Positions 1 through 14,196 of a stretch of DNA of 64,000 bases are shown piece after piece. Below the pieces are notes generated by a model that worked only from the letters and a program-made list of their open reading frames with translations, did no database searches and had not been told where the DNA came from. A program made the position numbers and the translations under genes. Each line of letters begins with the position of its first letter. Position 1 is the stretch's first letter. The stretch comes from the human T2T-CHM13v2.0 reference genome, Homo sapiens. The DNA lies in NCBI RefSeq assembly GCF_009914755.1, contig NC_060937.1; one strand, 5' to 3'.

Positions 1-3000
1 GAATGAGAATGCCATTTACTGAGATGAAGAAGCAACAAATGAGAAAAATATCAAGACTGTTGTGAGTGTGAAGCAGGCAATGCCTTATCACAAGTCTGGC
101 TCAAGGTCAAAGTGTTTTCGAAGTGTTTTATAAAGCCAGCAATCACAACAGCTCTTCCAATTTCATTTCAGTTGGGCCCTCTGAACATATACCATATGAA
201 ATATCCAGAAATGTAGCTTTGGATTATTTTCTCTCTCTCCTCTCCATTTCAATGTCTTTTTGAAATTTAGTGGCATACTCTGCTACAATTCAGCTGAAGT
301 GCTTAGCCATCCCATGATCTCTTGCATCTTCTCCCTTTCCATAATTTAAGTCCAACATTGTGTCTTGCTGATTACAAGTTGCCTATAATTTATGCATAAG
401 TAAAATTGGATTCCTATAACAGGCCATGAATACTATTGATAGGGAAACTGCAGAGGTATTCAAAGGCAATTAGCTGAGTACAAAGGAAAACCATTATGTA
501 AAAAAGCCAAGATATTTATCTTTGGGTTACAGCTAACTCTTCATACTAAATATTAGTTAACATACGGAGAATTTGAAAGCTTGCAGTCTCTCGCTTTAAG
601 TATGGCGTTTTCTAGTACAACACATTTATAAACACTCTATCAGCTTTCCAGTCATGCCTTTCAGTTCTCATTCAGAAGAGTGCAATACTCCTCTGATACT
701 CAAATATTGTACAGGTACTAGAGTCTATATATTCTACAAAACTATAAAATTACAGTACATTGTAAAGTCCTATGACATTAACACTCATAAACGCACCATG
801 ATATTATAATAAAGAGATTGCTGCTGATAATTCAACAAAAAGTGTGATTTCACTAATTACAATTTGTGACTAAATCTTTAGCATTCTTTGAAAACCTCCT
901 ATGTTGCCAATACCATTAATGCTGACAGAGAGAAGACAAGCAAAGATGAAAGAGGTGATAGGAACAAAAAAAAAAAAAGAAAAAAGGGACACAAAGGGTT
1001 AATTTGATGTGTTTTCAGCACTGAAATACAGTGTGATAGATTAGGGCTTGAGAAACACATCAGGTTGTTCTTCTACTTTTTGACTTTCCATTTATTCCTT
1101 CAGAAGATTCTATCTTTCCATACATGTTCCTCATAGGTCTTTAAGTCATCCAAATTTATTTATCCAGTGTGTTACAAAAGAGGCTTAGGTTGAACACAAA
1201 ATCACAATAGAATGTCAATTACATATCAATATTGCCCGCTAGCCTCACTACTTGGATTTGAATCTGACCATGAGTGTATCTGGATTGCAAAGCTCCAGCC
1301 TTTTGTTCTGTCTTTTTTTATCAGTCTAGCACCCTGTTGTCTCTTAGCAATTATTTTGGGGTATTAGTCAAACAAGCAAGTTAATGGTTTCCTTGGAAAG
1401 GGTTCTACAATTTTCACCCATGCATTTCTAAGTTTTCAATATAAAACCATATGAAGCTGTGCTTCCCAGAACTTTACATTCTACTTTATTTGGATACTGG
1501 AGCAACAGAAGGTAAATAAAGGTAATACAGTCATCTTTAGCCAACTTGCAGCTTTTATCTTTTATCAAACTCACTACAACTATTTGCTTATCTACTTATA
1601 TCATACTTATTTTTGGAAGAATTTAGAAGTTCAGGCATAAAGTTGGTATGTTGAACTAGAATTATGCTTTTGGTTTTTAACTTATTTTAAATATAAGGAA
1701 ATAACCTCAATCCTATACATTGTGACATTTCAATTTTCTACACTTCTCCTCTAGTGTATAAAGCCTACATTTTTAAAATGTACAGCAGACTTAGAAAGCA
1801 TACGCTCATTTAGCTTCTTTATCTTTCACTTCTGATATCTGGTATCTGCCATTTTTCCTCCACTTTCTCTCAGGATACAATACTGATGTCAGGCTGTGCC
1901 TTGCTAGACGGGAGTCAGAACTGAAACCAAAGAAACTAGATTCTGTTGTTCTTGCATTTGTACAAATCTTCTGTGCCTTAAAGGTAAAGGCATTAACTTC
2001 TGACTCACTCTTTCTTAGCAATCCACCTTTTAACAGTGTCCTTATCAAATGAAGCAGATGCAATTTTGGTGGTGACTGCCAGAAAGCTCTTGAGAGAGTA
2101 AAAATAGATCAAAGAAAGAAAGTAGTTGTATAATTTATAGAACCATGTTTCTGTTTGTGAAATTTAATTCTAAAGAATATTTTTCAACTATATAAATAGG
2201 ATATTTTCTTTAATGCTATGATTATATATGCATATATATTCTATATATTTTCATTTCTATGTTTATATACATATAAATGGAAAGAAATAGATCAGTATTT
2301 CTGAAGCTCTCTACTTTTTCATAGCTATACTATTTCAGTTTCGCTGGGAATGTGTGGTGTCTGCAAAGTGCTTAAAGCTAATGTAAGAAACAATCTATCA
2401 TCAGTGAGAAAACCAACAACTGACTTCAGAAACTTCCCAAATCAGCCAAGTAGTGCAGCATGCTTGCAGAAGGTGATTAAACAGTAAAATGCTACTTCTT
2501 TTTAAAATCTTCCAAATCTTAACTTATTCTTTGGCATTTCTGCTTAAGAAACAAGAGATCTCTTCAAAACCATTTGACTTTACATTGTTTAGAGATACTG
2601 TAGGAACAAGTTTTAAAGCCTCATTTATTCTTTTTACAGTTCATAATTTTGGTATTTGAATGCCAATGATCTCCTTATTCCTTACTCTCTTACTGGCCAA
2701 AAATTTCTGCAAGGTTCACATAGAAGAGGCCAAGGAATTCACTTAGCTCAGTAACTACCTACCATGACATACTTATTAAAGGAATACACTTTTTTTTTTT
2801 TAAAGAGAAAAAGTCAAGACAGACCAAATCAGATGGCTTCATATGTAAAAGAGAAGTCTACCAACAGCATTGACTACTATGCAGGACAGGCTGTTGGGTA
2901 CAAGAAAGACTGTGTTGCTTTTTTCAGCCTCAGTTTACCCTAGTAACCCATGGGCTTAATGTTAGCCCTGAATGTGAAGAACAGGCGTGATTGCATACAG

Positions 3001-3687
3001 GTTCAAGGTTTTTGTTCCCAGCTGAACAATTCCTGTTGTTTTTAATAATCTTAAGACTAGCAGTCACTGGGCATTCATTTTAGCATTGCCTTCTCTCCCT
3101 GCTAGCTTCCACCACACTGGAGAATTACAAGATTGATGACTAAGGATGGACTTAAATAAGCCAAAGCAAAACTGAGCATCAGGATTAGGAAAAAGCTGGT
3201 CCAATTCTGTAGTGCTTGGTAAATACAGAACCAAGAGCCAGAGGGAGACTCTTTAGCTGGTTACTTTTCAGCCCCTAAGGCTTTCTGCTATGATTTGTGA
3301 CCCAGTGAGCATGGAAACGAGGTCTATTTAATGCCTTGGATGGCTAAGTCTTTCTTTAATAGAAAGTGCCCCTGTGTTGATCAAGAGGAAAATAGATGTA
3401 ATAGATTCAGAGTTGTATCAGAGAGTAGATTTGCCTTCATGATATGCATGTAGTAATCATCTGTCATAAGCATTTCATGGCTGATTTATAGGTGGTCAAG
3501 TTTGAGATCATTTTATGAGGCCCAGCTGTGGAAAGTTAGCCTCACATTTGGGCTTGAATTTGAAGTTCTAGAATTTATGAGAAACTTCTATTACTCCAAG
3601 AAGTACTTTCTTATCCTGCTGGGAAATCTCAAATAGTATCTATATCTGAAATTATGAGAAAATAATTATTTTATATTATACACTGTC

Positions 3688-3833
3688 ATATAGTATATAA
3701 AATACTATATGTATTTGTATATAGTATATAAAATATGTATTTGTATATAGTATATAAAATACTTTATGTATTTGTATATAGTATATAAAATACTTTATTT
3801 GTATATAGTATATAAAATACTTTATGTATTTGT
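3688..3833. repeat. AT-rich minisatellite, 5 copies of a 26-31 bp unit (ATATAGTATATAAAATACTTTATGTATTTGT)
   Basis: Units read directly at 3688, 3719, 3745, 3776, 3803. Confidence 0.95.
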
Positions 3834-5074
3834 ATGTGTTATTATCTCTTAAACTGTTATATCTAGATATTCTTTATGACTTTTCTGTTAACTATTGCAA
3901 ATTCTAGGTTAAAAGAAAAAGGTAGTTACTGTTCTGATGGGGAAAATAAGGCATAGGGAAGTGATCATTGACTTGCTTCTGGTTATGGAGACCAATACCT
4001 CATTTGGTTTTGAGTCTGGATACTGTTCTAATTCCATAATCTTAACTCTTTAAGACCTCAAAGGCGGGCAGTCATCATTTTATTATTCATTGTTTGGTAA
4101 TCTTCTGACTAATGTGTTGACTTGCATATTTATTCAAAAACTGGGAGAAGATGGTTTTCATTCTTCTTTCTTTCCCTTTTAAGGAATCTTCTCTACCTAG
4201 TGATTTGTGGTCTTGACTAAATCTTCAGCTGTTACACCTTAAAGAACAGTGTGTTTTTGTTGTCTGGGGTAGAGGGGCAATTGGTCACTGTTGTATAGGA
4301 ATTAGAGTCTTAATGTGAAGACCGTGGCAGCCAGTAATGACAGATAAGGATGTTATCAGCACAACAAAACAAAAACCACAGTAAAACCAAGCTCTTCTTT
4401 TCACTCAAGATCTTTAAATTATCATAAAAAGAAATAGGAATTTCTTCTTTGAAAATGTGTAAGTACAAACATATTCCTTAATGATGGACAGGGACTGTGA
4501 TATATTCTTATTTCATCAAAAAGATTGGCTACTGGCCAGTTTTGACTTTCCATGGAAATCATTTTTTGAACTGTTTGTTGAGAGAAGTATCACCAAAAGC
4601 CTCTGTACAAGGCAATGTTCAGTTTATTTAGTGTCAAGAGCATTAAAATATGATAGCTGAAAATTGTGATAAAAGAGAGGTGATGTTGGGAGCCAATGGG
4701 AGTTTTGTGCTTTTCTTTTTCAATTCAGTTTTTGGTTATATTTGGCAACAATTTGTTTCCACTTTTAGACTTCACATCGGTTGGGATTCAATGGAGAACA
4801 GGTTTTCAGGCTTCTCATTGATAATGATTTCTCATACAATTGATGTTCTAGTGATGGGTCAATGAAACTATTGTTTTAAGAAATGAATCATATTGTTCAT
4901 GTTTGTTAGAAATTACCCTGTTCATCAGTTTCTAACAAAACTATCAGTAGCTTCAAAGTTTGAAAGTTTATATTTTAAACTTTATTTAGAGTTGCCAAAT
5001 TTCAAAAGTTATTATTTTCTGTTACTTCACTACAAATTACAGATTTATTTTAGTGTTTGAAAAACAATGATTAT

Positions 5075-5395
5075 TTCAGTTCTCTTTTTAGAAGTGATAA
5101 AGCTCAGAAAGATTGTCTCCTCAAAGTTAGATAACCAGCTGATAATAGAGCCAGACCTAGAACTTAGCCTATCCAGTTATACAAGCATTGCTTTCTTGAC
5201 CACATTGTTTAGAGAGTGGTATCTTTTTATATATGCAAAAGGGAGAGTTATTTCTCATTATTATCTGAATTTCTTCAGGTCAAGGATTGTGTCTTGTTAA
5301 ATTCAGCACACTGAATACTCAAGCTTGTGATGCCACATAAGAGATGATTACTTAATGTTTATTAAATGAATGAACAAATATTGAATATACATTTA
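5075..5395. mobile_element. Decayed MIR fragment followed by an L2 3' end
   Basis: MIR-like AAGCTCAGAAAGATT..AGAGCCAGACCTAGAAC; L2 tail-like AATGTTTATTAAATGAATGAA. Confidence 0.5.
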
Positions 5396-5459
5396 TTTCC
5401 TTTTGACACTTTTTAACATTATTAACTTAAATGTTTTTTTAACATTGGTAGTTTTTATA

Positions 5460-5790
5460 AGTTTAATATATACCTACCTTATGATGCAGCAATTCCTCTC
5501 TTAGGTATTTATGAAAGAAAAATGAAAAAGTTTAAAAGGTTCACAAAAGACTTTTATACATGAATGTTTGTTTATCATAACTTTAATCATGATGGCCCCA
5601 AACTGAAAACAACCCAAATGTTTATCAACAAATGAATGAACAAATTGTACATCCACATATTCTGTATCTTGATGGAGGAAGTAGTTTCATGGTTATAGAC
5701 ATTTGTTAAAACCCATTGAACTATACATTTAAAAAATGGGGCATTTTATTGTAGGTACATTGTTTCTCAATAAAGTTGATTTTAAAAGTA
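5460..5790 (+). mobile_element. Old L1 (L1MB/L1MC-type) 3' fragment with internal deletion
   Basis: CAGCAATTCCTCTCTTAGGTATTTA, AAACTGAAAACAACCCAAATGT, ends CTCAATAAAGTTGATTTTAAAA. Confidence 0.8.
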
Positions 5791-7380
5791 AAAAGTGTAA
5801 TTTTTATATCTGTTTTTGACAAGTTGAAAATTAAGGGAGTAATTGACATCTATTAGTACTTTAATCTGTAGTTTGGTGTATAAAATCTGTTAACCCAAAC
5901 CAACGAAGAAAAAATTTTTGAAAATATTCTTTCCAATAAGCTTAGTTACACTTAATAAGCACATCAACTGATACATATAAATGAAATATCAGTGTAATTT
6001 TTATGTTAAAATATTACTCATTAAATCATATGCATGGCATTCCCTCTAGTGTGTTCTTGCTTTGATGATATGCTTAGTTGCTAAATTCAGGTAAAGATAG
6101 TCAGTCTCTCCTTACTGAGATTATTATCTGAAAACTTCAAAGCTTCCTGTTCCTATTTTTTTCATTGCAGGCTCATTATATATTCTATCCAAATTTCCCT
6201 TCATAGTGAATACAACAGTTTTCACTTTGATAATATTAATGCTTCAGATTTGGAAGACGAGGAACAAACTAATTATATATATTTTCTTCTTTTCTAAACT
6301 CTATGAGAGATTGTTAGTTACTAAAAGCAAAATTTAAAATGTATTTACTAGTTATATTTAACAGAGCACAAAAGTTAGAAATTGACCACCTGGAAAAGAA
6401 CAAATGACTCATTTAGAGAAGCGCTGACAACAAACTCTGTATGAGAAAGACAAATCATGAGAAGACACTTTTTTTTTTAAATGTGACTTTTAAAGGTTAA
6501 CTACACCTAGTTCATCTTGGTAAAAATTCAAGACTCTATTAGTCATAAATACAACCAACTTAAAAAATAAAATCCATTCTCCTTTTCCTGTCTCTATAAT
6601 CATTTCTTCTTAATAATGAGCTTTAAAACTTGATCACCTGCTGTGTACATTAATGCTTTATCTTAATTGTTTTTTTAAAAAAATCTGCTCATTTTGGATT
6701 TAAATCTAGCTTTCTCCAAAGAATATGAAATTACCATGAAGCATTTTGTTTGTTCTGAAAGGGCAATGAAGTTTTAATATGTGGATTATATTTATGAATT
6801 AAGAAGCAGCAGCAGCAGCAAGACCTGAATCATTCTAGAACTCAGCAGGTTGGCAGGAACTGACAGCAGATTTGAGACATTATCTGTAATATATAGAGCA
6901 GATTAAGTAGTTTTTCTCAATAATAGGTGGCTTCACCCCGTGTGTCAATGTGTTTGTTGTTGAAGCAAGGCCAGTTGAAATCATAAAGTCAGCAGAGTTC
7001 ATCACTTCGGTTGCCTCCACTTTGAATTCTTGTGACATGCCCAGCACTAAGAGAGTCCCCAGGAGACAACAGTGAACAAGACATGATTTCTACTCTCAAG
7101 GTATCTGAAGAACTCACAATCTGTGTTGGCAAAAAGATATCACAACCATCAGTGTGATTAAAAAAAAAAAACTGATACTGTCATAATCAGAGTTAGGAGC
7201 ACAGAGGTGGAAATATTTCATTTGAGGAAGGGTTCATAGAGCCTTCATGAGATGAGAAGGTAGTCATCTGGCCAGTTCAGTTCATACACTTAGTCATTCA
7301 ACAAACAGCATTGAACCCATACGCGGTGATGGCTCCTGTATTTGGCACTGGACTTGCAATGATGACCAAAGGCAGGCATC

Positions 7381-7802
7381 AAAGTGAAGTAAGGCAGGCT
7401 CAGAAAGAAACATACTGCATGATCTTACTTATATGTGGAACTTTTTCTAAAAGGTTGAATATGTAAAGGTAGAGAAGAAAATGGTCACCAGGGGCAGGGG
7501 TAGGGAATAAGGAGACATAAGACAAAGGATACAAAGTTGCAGATGTGTAGGATAAATAAGTACAAAATAAGTGAACTTAATAATATTGTATGGGACTCCG
7601 GGTTTTTGCTAAAAGAGTAGATTGTGGCTGCTCTTACCCCCAGCCCCCCACACACATACACATATCCACACACACAAAGTGTAACTATATGAAATGATGG
7701 ATATGTTAATTGCTTGACTATAACAACCATTCAACTATGTATAAACATATCAAAACATTGTAATCTTTAAATATATATAACAATAAATTAATTTTTTAAA
7801 AA
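7381..7802 (+). mobile_element. L1MA/L1MB 3' UTR fragment
   Basis: AAGTGAAGTAAGGCAGGCTCAGAAAGAAACATACTGCATGATC..GATGGATATGTTAATTGCTTGAC. Confidence 0.85.
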
Positions 7803-8274
7803 GATGAGCATTATTTATTTTTCCTGGAGTTGACAATCACACAAATAACTGTATATTTGTATACTGCAGAATGAGCTAAGTATAAAAGATTCAGAGTATA
7901 GTGAGAGTATATAAAAAATCTAATAATTTTTTGGGGAGGTGGCTGTGGGGAGCAGGTCAGGGAAGACTTTCTGAGGAAGCAAATTTGGGGCTGAGATAAA
8001 AAAAAAACTGGATTTAATTTAGGCAATGGCAGGGAAGAGTGCACCAGGCACAGGGAGCAGCAGTGCAAGGCTGTCACAGGACAGTGTGGGATGTATTTTT
8101 GCACCTGAAACAATTCAGTGTGGCTGGAGCACAGAATGGGAGGCGGAGCAGTGTGGGGGAGGCCAGAGACACCATAGTGGGGTAGATCATGCAGGGCCCT
8201 ATGAGCCAAGTTAGAGATGTTGAATCTTTCCTTGAGAGATTTAAGCAGTGAAAATACCTGGTCAGATTGCTTTT

Positions 8275-8432
8275 AAAAAAATGCTTTTGCTGAAGTTTGT
8301 ATAATAAATTTTAAGAAGCCCCAGTCAGGAAGCTATAGCATTACGTCTACATGAAAAAAATGCTTTTGCTGAAGTTTGGAAAATAAATTTCAGGAAGCCT
8401 CAGTCAGGAACCTATGGCATTGCATCTACATG
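8275..8432. repeat. 79-bp tandem duplication (2 copies, 9 mismatches)
   Basis: 8275-8353 vs 8354-8432 aligned by eye. Confidence 0.95.
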
Positions 8433-9758
8433 AGAGTCTGTAGTAACTTGAATTAGATAAAGGCAGACAGAAATGAGGAGTGGATAGTTTTAAATTTATA
8501 TGATAGAGTCAACAGAACTTAGTGATATATTGGGTACAGAGCTGGAGGGAGAGTCAAGAATGATGCTTAGGCTTCTGGCTTGAATAATTGGATGGATAAG
8601 ACTCCCTTACTGAGAGACGGAGCATGAGAAGAGGACAGGATTAGGGAGAAGCTCAGGAATTTGGCTTTGAACTGGCTGCTTAAGGTGTCTCAGGAACACA
8701 TAAGTGAAGTCAATGTGAGTTGGATATACAGCATCCTGATGTTATGAGGTGTGAACTAGAAGTATATATAAAAGTCAAAGAAATATGACTGATAACTGAA
8801 GACCGTAGGATACATGAAACTGCACATAGAGAGCATAGAGTGAAAAGAGGAAAGGACTGAAAACTGTTTTGAGGACATTCAGCATTTAAGGACTGTGTAG
8901 AAGCAGCTGGGCTAACAGGAGAAAAAGAGGAAGCAGGCAAAAAAAAAAAAAAAAGTGAACATCCCAGGAGAATGTGATATCATAGAAGCAAGGAGAGTGT
9001 TTAAATGATGATGGAATGGAAAAATGTGTTGAATATTGTTGAAACTCAAGCAAGATCAGAACCAAAGATGCCCATTAATTTAAATCACTTAGAAGTCACA
9101 GGTGACCCGATATAGAATTATCATAGTATGATAATGGGGTTGCAAGCTAGAGCAGAGTGAGTTAAGTAGTGAATGAAGACTGGGGAAATTGGTAAAGTGA
9201 GTGTAAACTAATTCCTAAAATAATTGAGGTAGGGAGGGATTCATGTAAATAGGGAGAACAGGATAACTTTTTGTAAATTGATGAGATGAATTTGGGAAAT
9301 TTAACTGACCAATAATACCCAATAATAGCTAAAATGTTATGGTTCTTTATGATTTACTAAATAGACTTATATATTGCTTCTACTCCTATAATCTGCCCAA
9401 CTTCAACTTCTTTCTGGCATTTTAGGACCTTTTCTTATTCCTCTCAATTTTCCTCCTCCTTCTTTTTTTTTTTAACAGTACTTGGTTTTAGTATTTGTCT
9501 GTGTCTTGTACCTGGGTATATTTGATCTCAGTTTGACCTACTTTTGGCCTTGAGTTGAAGGAACACATCAATCATGCTCATGCACAGTGACCTCCCAGTT
9601 TTCCTGGATCTTCTGAGCCATGGCAAAGAAGCCATAAACTGAGATATATAAATGCATGACTACACTGTCACTAGAGACATTCAATAGTTAAGTGTTTAAT
9701 AACTCTAGGTAAGGAATTGTTCCCTTTCAAAAATTCAAATATCTCTACAAGTGGTAAC

Positions 9759-10051
9759 TTTTTTTTTTTCAGAGACAGGGTCCTACTCTCTCACTCAGGA
9801 TTGGGGTGCAGTGGCCTGATCATAGCTCACTGCAGCCTCAAACTCCTGGGCTCAAACCACCTTCCTGCCTCAGCCTGCAGAGCAGCTAGGACTACAGGTG
9901 CACCACTAGGCCCAGCTGATTTATTTTTTGCAGAGATGGTGTCTTGCTATGTTGCCCAGGCTGGTCTTGAACTCCTGGCTTCAAGTGCTGATTCTCCTGT
10001 CTTGGCTTCCCAAAGTGCTGGGATTACAGGTGAGAGCCACCATGCCTAGCC
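9759..10051 (-). mobile_element. AluJ
   Basis: Dimeric Alu with J-type GATCATAGCTCACTGCAGCCTCAAACTCCTGGGCTCAA; TSD TCTACAAGTGGTAAC (9744-9758) / TCTACAAGCGTTAAC (10053-10067). Confidence 0.95.
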
Positions 10052-10613
10052 ATCTACAAGCGTTAACATAGTCTATCTAGAAGTTCTCCTTAATACAACC
10101 TTGTTTCCCCTTCTCACATAAAAGCTGTCTGAATATATATTTTGTTCAGGGTTTCTGCAGAACTCAAATTTATATTCAGGGTGAAGCTGGAGAGGGTCTG
10201 AGATTTGACTTTGTCTCTTTTCTGATACTTCAATATCCTGATTGGTATAATTAAGAAAATATTCCATATAGTTTTAAGAAGATTAATTGAAATATGTTTA
10301 AGGGATTTTTAGCCACAAATACAAACTGTAACTGATAGTATTATCTGAAAGTTGAATGGAATTGAATCATTTTGGTTGGGTATGGTGTTTCAAGTCTTAT
10401 GGGTATTAGGTTTTCTTTGCTTCAAAAGCTTGTAAATGGACATTGTAGTCTACTTTGTTTATAATTTATTTGCCAGTCAGTGCATCTTACCGTGTTACAT
10501 CATAGAAGTATCTAAATAAATGAAAGTAGTAACCTTCTTACTTTTCCTGAAAGTCTCAGGTCATGTGATGAATTTTCCTGGTAAGTAAAATAGAAAGAGA
10601 CTTTCCTTTTCCT

Positions 10614-11006
<393 letters not shown>

Positions 11007-11754
11007 TTACTTAATATGAAATACAATGTGTGTTACATACATTATAACATCTTATCCTCAAAATGACTTTTTGAAATTAATAAAATTGTATAAATGTGTA
11101 AGTAAAGACTTGGTTTGATTGCATAATTTGCCTGAAATCACAGAAGTGGCAAAATGAGAAATAAAGCCAAGACCAGACCAGAGTGTTACACTGCCAAAAC
11201 ACCATAATGGCAGTCTTTCTAATTCTTATAAAGTTTAATTTTCTTAAAGAAGTTATTTCTTATTTACAAAAGTTTACAGATATGTTATTGATTTTCCAAG
11301 TTTTGGTTTTTCTTCAATATTTTCTATAACCTTTTGGCTCTAACTAAACCTTATCTGTTAATAAATGTTAATGCATAGAAAAAAGCAAACAAGAAATGAG
11401 CATTTATATTAACAATTTAGGAACAGTTGATTAGTTCTAATACTGCCCTTTTTCCCTTTGATGGATAAGATTGCTTGCCGTTGTGATTATTTATTGCACG
11501 TTAATAACAGTTAAATTTCCTGTTGGGGAAATTGCTCCTTGTTCTTATTAAAATATTTTATAATCTCATAGTGTTCTTTAAAGGATATAATGGACCATGA
11601 AAGGTAACATTATTTCAGGAACTTCACCATCTGCAGACTTGCATCATGGTATTTATGCACAAAACTAGAATAACCCTATAACATTTGCAAATATCTTAGG
11701 GCATTTAGTAGTTTTATAACTGGTGTTTAATGTCTTAGAGAAACAATTTAAATT

Positions 11755-12950
11755 GCATTTATTACTTATTGCTGCTGCATAACCCATCATCCTGAAATAT
11801 GGATGCATAAAACAAAAGCCATTTTATTATCATAAGGAGTTAAAGGGATTTGAGGGATGATCAAGAAAAAAGACCTGACCATGAGGTAGCAGTAACCCAT
11901 ACATGCTTTAACAGTCTTGGATGTGGGATAGTTTCTTGAAGCAGGAGTCTGTCCAGAAGCTACTACTACTCAAAAAAGGAGGAGGGCACGAGAACTTCTA
12001 CAGGAAGAGGAAAATGGGAGAGGGGGCTTTTGTGTCTAGAATGCCTAGGTAATATTGAACAACATAGTGGAGAGTCTCAGGGTCAGAAAACTGGAGAGCA
12101 GCAGTACTTTGAAGTCTTTTAAGCACAAGGCTTATCTTACCTATGGCTGGCAGATACTGGGTGAGTTTTCTCAGAGGATGCAAAGCAGACAGGCTCTAAA
12201 TGGCTAAAAATGCCTGTTTGAACTATTTTTCTAATAATAGTATATATTAATATTTGAGTTTGGCACTAGTGGGCTTTTAAGCTAACAGGTCTCATCTTGT
12301 AGTGAAGAATAAACATGCTAGCACCCAATACACAGAGGTCATCTTTTGGGCTCATTTATATAGCAATTATGCTTCCAATTCTGTAGGTCACGATTCCATC
12401 AGAATATAGTGAGAATGACTTGCATCTGCTCCTTGTTGTCTGGTTCACATCTGGGCTAACTGGGGCTCATTATGGTTGGGGATGCTTAAATGGCTCAACT
12501 AGAGTCATCTCTCTGGAGCCTCAGTTCTGGCTGTCAGCCTGATTCCTCGGGTCTTCGGGACTAGAATGTCTGAGAAGGCTTTTTTACTCACATGTCTGGT
12601 GCTTGCAATTGGACAGCTTAAATAACTGGGGGCTAGCCAAGATCTCCTTTTCCATGTAACTGTCTTGGGTTCCTTCACACCATGGCAGCTTCAAGGTAGT
12701 AGGACTTCTTACAAGGTGGCTGGCTTCCCCTAGAGCTAGCATTTCAAGACACATAGATGTAAGCACAGACTTCTTCTGAGTTAACCTTGAAAATAACATA
12801 AAGATGCTTATTCTGCCTTCAACAGGTCAGAAGCAAGTCACATGTCAACCCACATTCAAGTAGACTAGGATCTGTAAGGGAGTGAATACTGGGAATTGCA
12901 GTTCATTGAGGGCTGAGAAAGGTGGGCAGATTTGGAGACCACTACCATTA
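11755..12950 (-). mobile_element. MLT1-family (ERVL-MaLR) LTR, split by a MER67-like LTR
   Basis: TTATTGCTGCTGCATAACCCATC..AAAACAAAAGCCATTTTATTA, resuming ~12365; GGTAGTAGGACTTCTTACAAGGTGGCTGGCTTCCCC. Confidence 0.75.
11832..12361 (-). mobile_element. MER67-like ERV1 solo LTR
   Basis: Reverse strand reads TTTTTAGCCATTTAGAGCCTGTCTGCTTTGCAT..GCCATAGGTAAGATAAGCC, as recalled for MER67. Confidence 0.65.
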
Positions 12951-14176
12951 AAATAAATTTCTCTCTGTTACAACTAACATACTTTCTTAAATTTAATAAC
13001 AGTCATTTGTTTTAATACTTTTTTTCCCATTTAAAATTAGTTGGTTAGTACATGATTTTCTAACTCTAATAGTAATTTTTTTTATTATTTGCTATTAAGA
13101 CACACAGTTTAACATGAGCAAAATTGCAAGTTTAGTTTGATCTGAAATTGAATCAAGTGTATACATTGCCGGCAGCATAACTGTATGGCTAAGAAAAATA
13201 TCTGAATATTCAAATAGCTAGGTAATAAAATTGTTTTGTTTTCTTAATTTTCAGTTGTATATTGTATAATGACCATAATTACCTTTAAAGATAAAATATA
13301 GTGTACTGGTAACCACTATATCACAAAGGTATCCCTATGTATATTAAAACTTGCATAGCTAAGTAAAAACCAAAGGGATTAGAGATATCTTTATAAATTT
13401 TATAAGATAGAAATTATTTGGAATTAAATGTTGATTATTTAAATTGTATTTGGTATCACTAATTCATTTCAAATCTGTTTCCAATTATTTTCTCCTTGAG
13501 TTTTCTTATTTTTGAACAGATTTTATTAACTGCAAAACTATTAAATAAAATACCAATATCAAGATTTTTAAAAATTCCTTTTTTTACCTTCATATGCATG
13601 AAAATGTTTACTAAAAGCATAAAGAGAAATAATAAGCCTGCATGAATTAGAAGTAAACCCAAATGAGTTACAGGAAGTAAACTGAAAATTTTTGTGACTA
13701 TTATGTTTAAGTAAACAAACTCTAACTAGCCTTCTAGATATTTAAACAGTTTACCATATGTTGCGTTTATACCATGAAAAATACACTAGGTAGACAGTTT
13801 CTAAACTAAAAAAGCAACATTCAAAATAAAACAAGGATGCAATAGGGTGTGTTCAGGCTTATATAGAGACAGATGTTGCACAGCAGTTATGTATTTGAAA
13901 AGCAGATTATTTAAAAATTAATTTTACCTTGCATAATGATCAATAACATTTTCTTCCTAAGAATTTTTTTTCTAGTTTAGGCAAGGGTGATGAACAATAA
14001 TCTGTATAAGAAGAAGTTAGTGCTGACTCTCGGAATAATGAGAAAACCAAAGAAGACCCAATTCTTTATATTTAGCTGCCTGAAACCAAAGACCCAATTC
14101 TTTATATTTACCATGTGCAGGTGCCATCAGAATCTGAAAAATTCCACTTATGTGAATGTATTTATTTAACAACACT

Positions 14177-14196
14177 TGACCTGTGACCTGTGACCT
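14177..14196 (-). promoter_or_regulatory. Triple nuclear-receptor half-site AGGTCAcAGGTCAcAGGTCA (two overlapping DR1)
   Basis: (TGACCTG)3 on the + strand; motif only, function untested. Confidence 0.35.

Larger units (their letters stand above)
7030..9250 (-). mobile_element. L2 LINE fragments, interrupted by the L1 at 7381-7802
   Basis: CATTCAACAAAC tail, GTCAGGGAAGACTTTCTGAGGAAG, GGAGAGTCAAGAATGATGCTTAGGCTTCTGGCTTG. Confidence 0.75.

Noticed and set aside
1806-2063. 85-aa minus-strand ORF
   Set aside because: No recognisable domain or promoter context; length expected by chance
10073-10267. 64-aa protein-like ORF
   Set aside because: No recognisable homology or convincing splice sites
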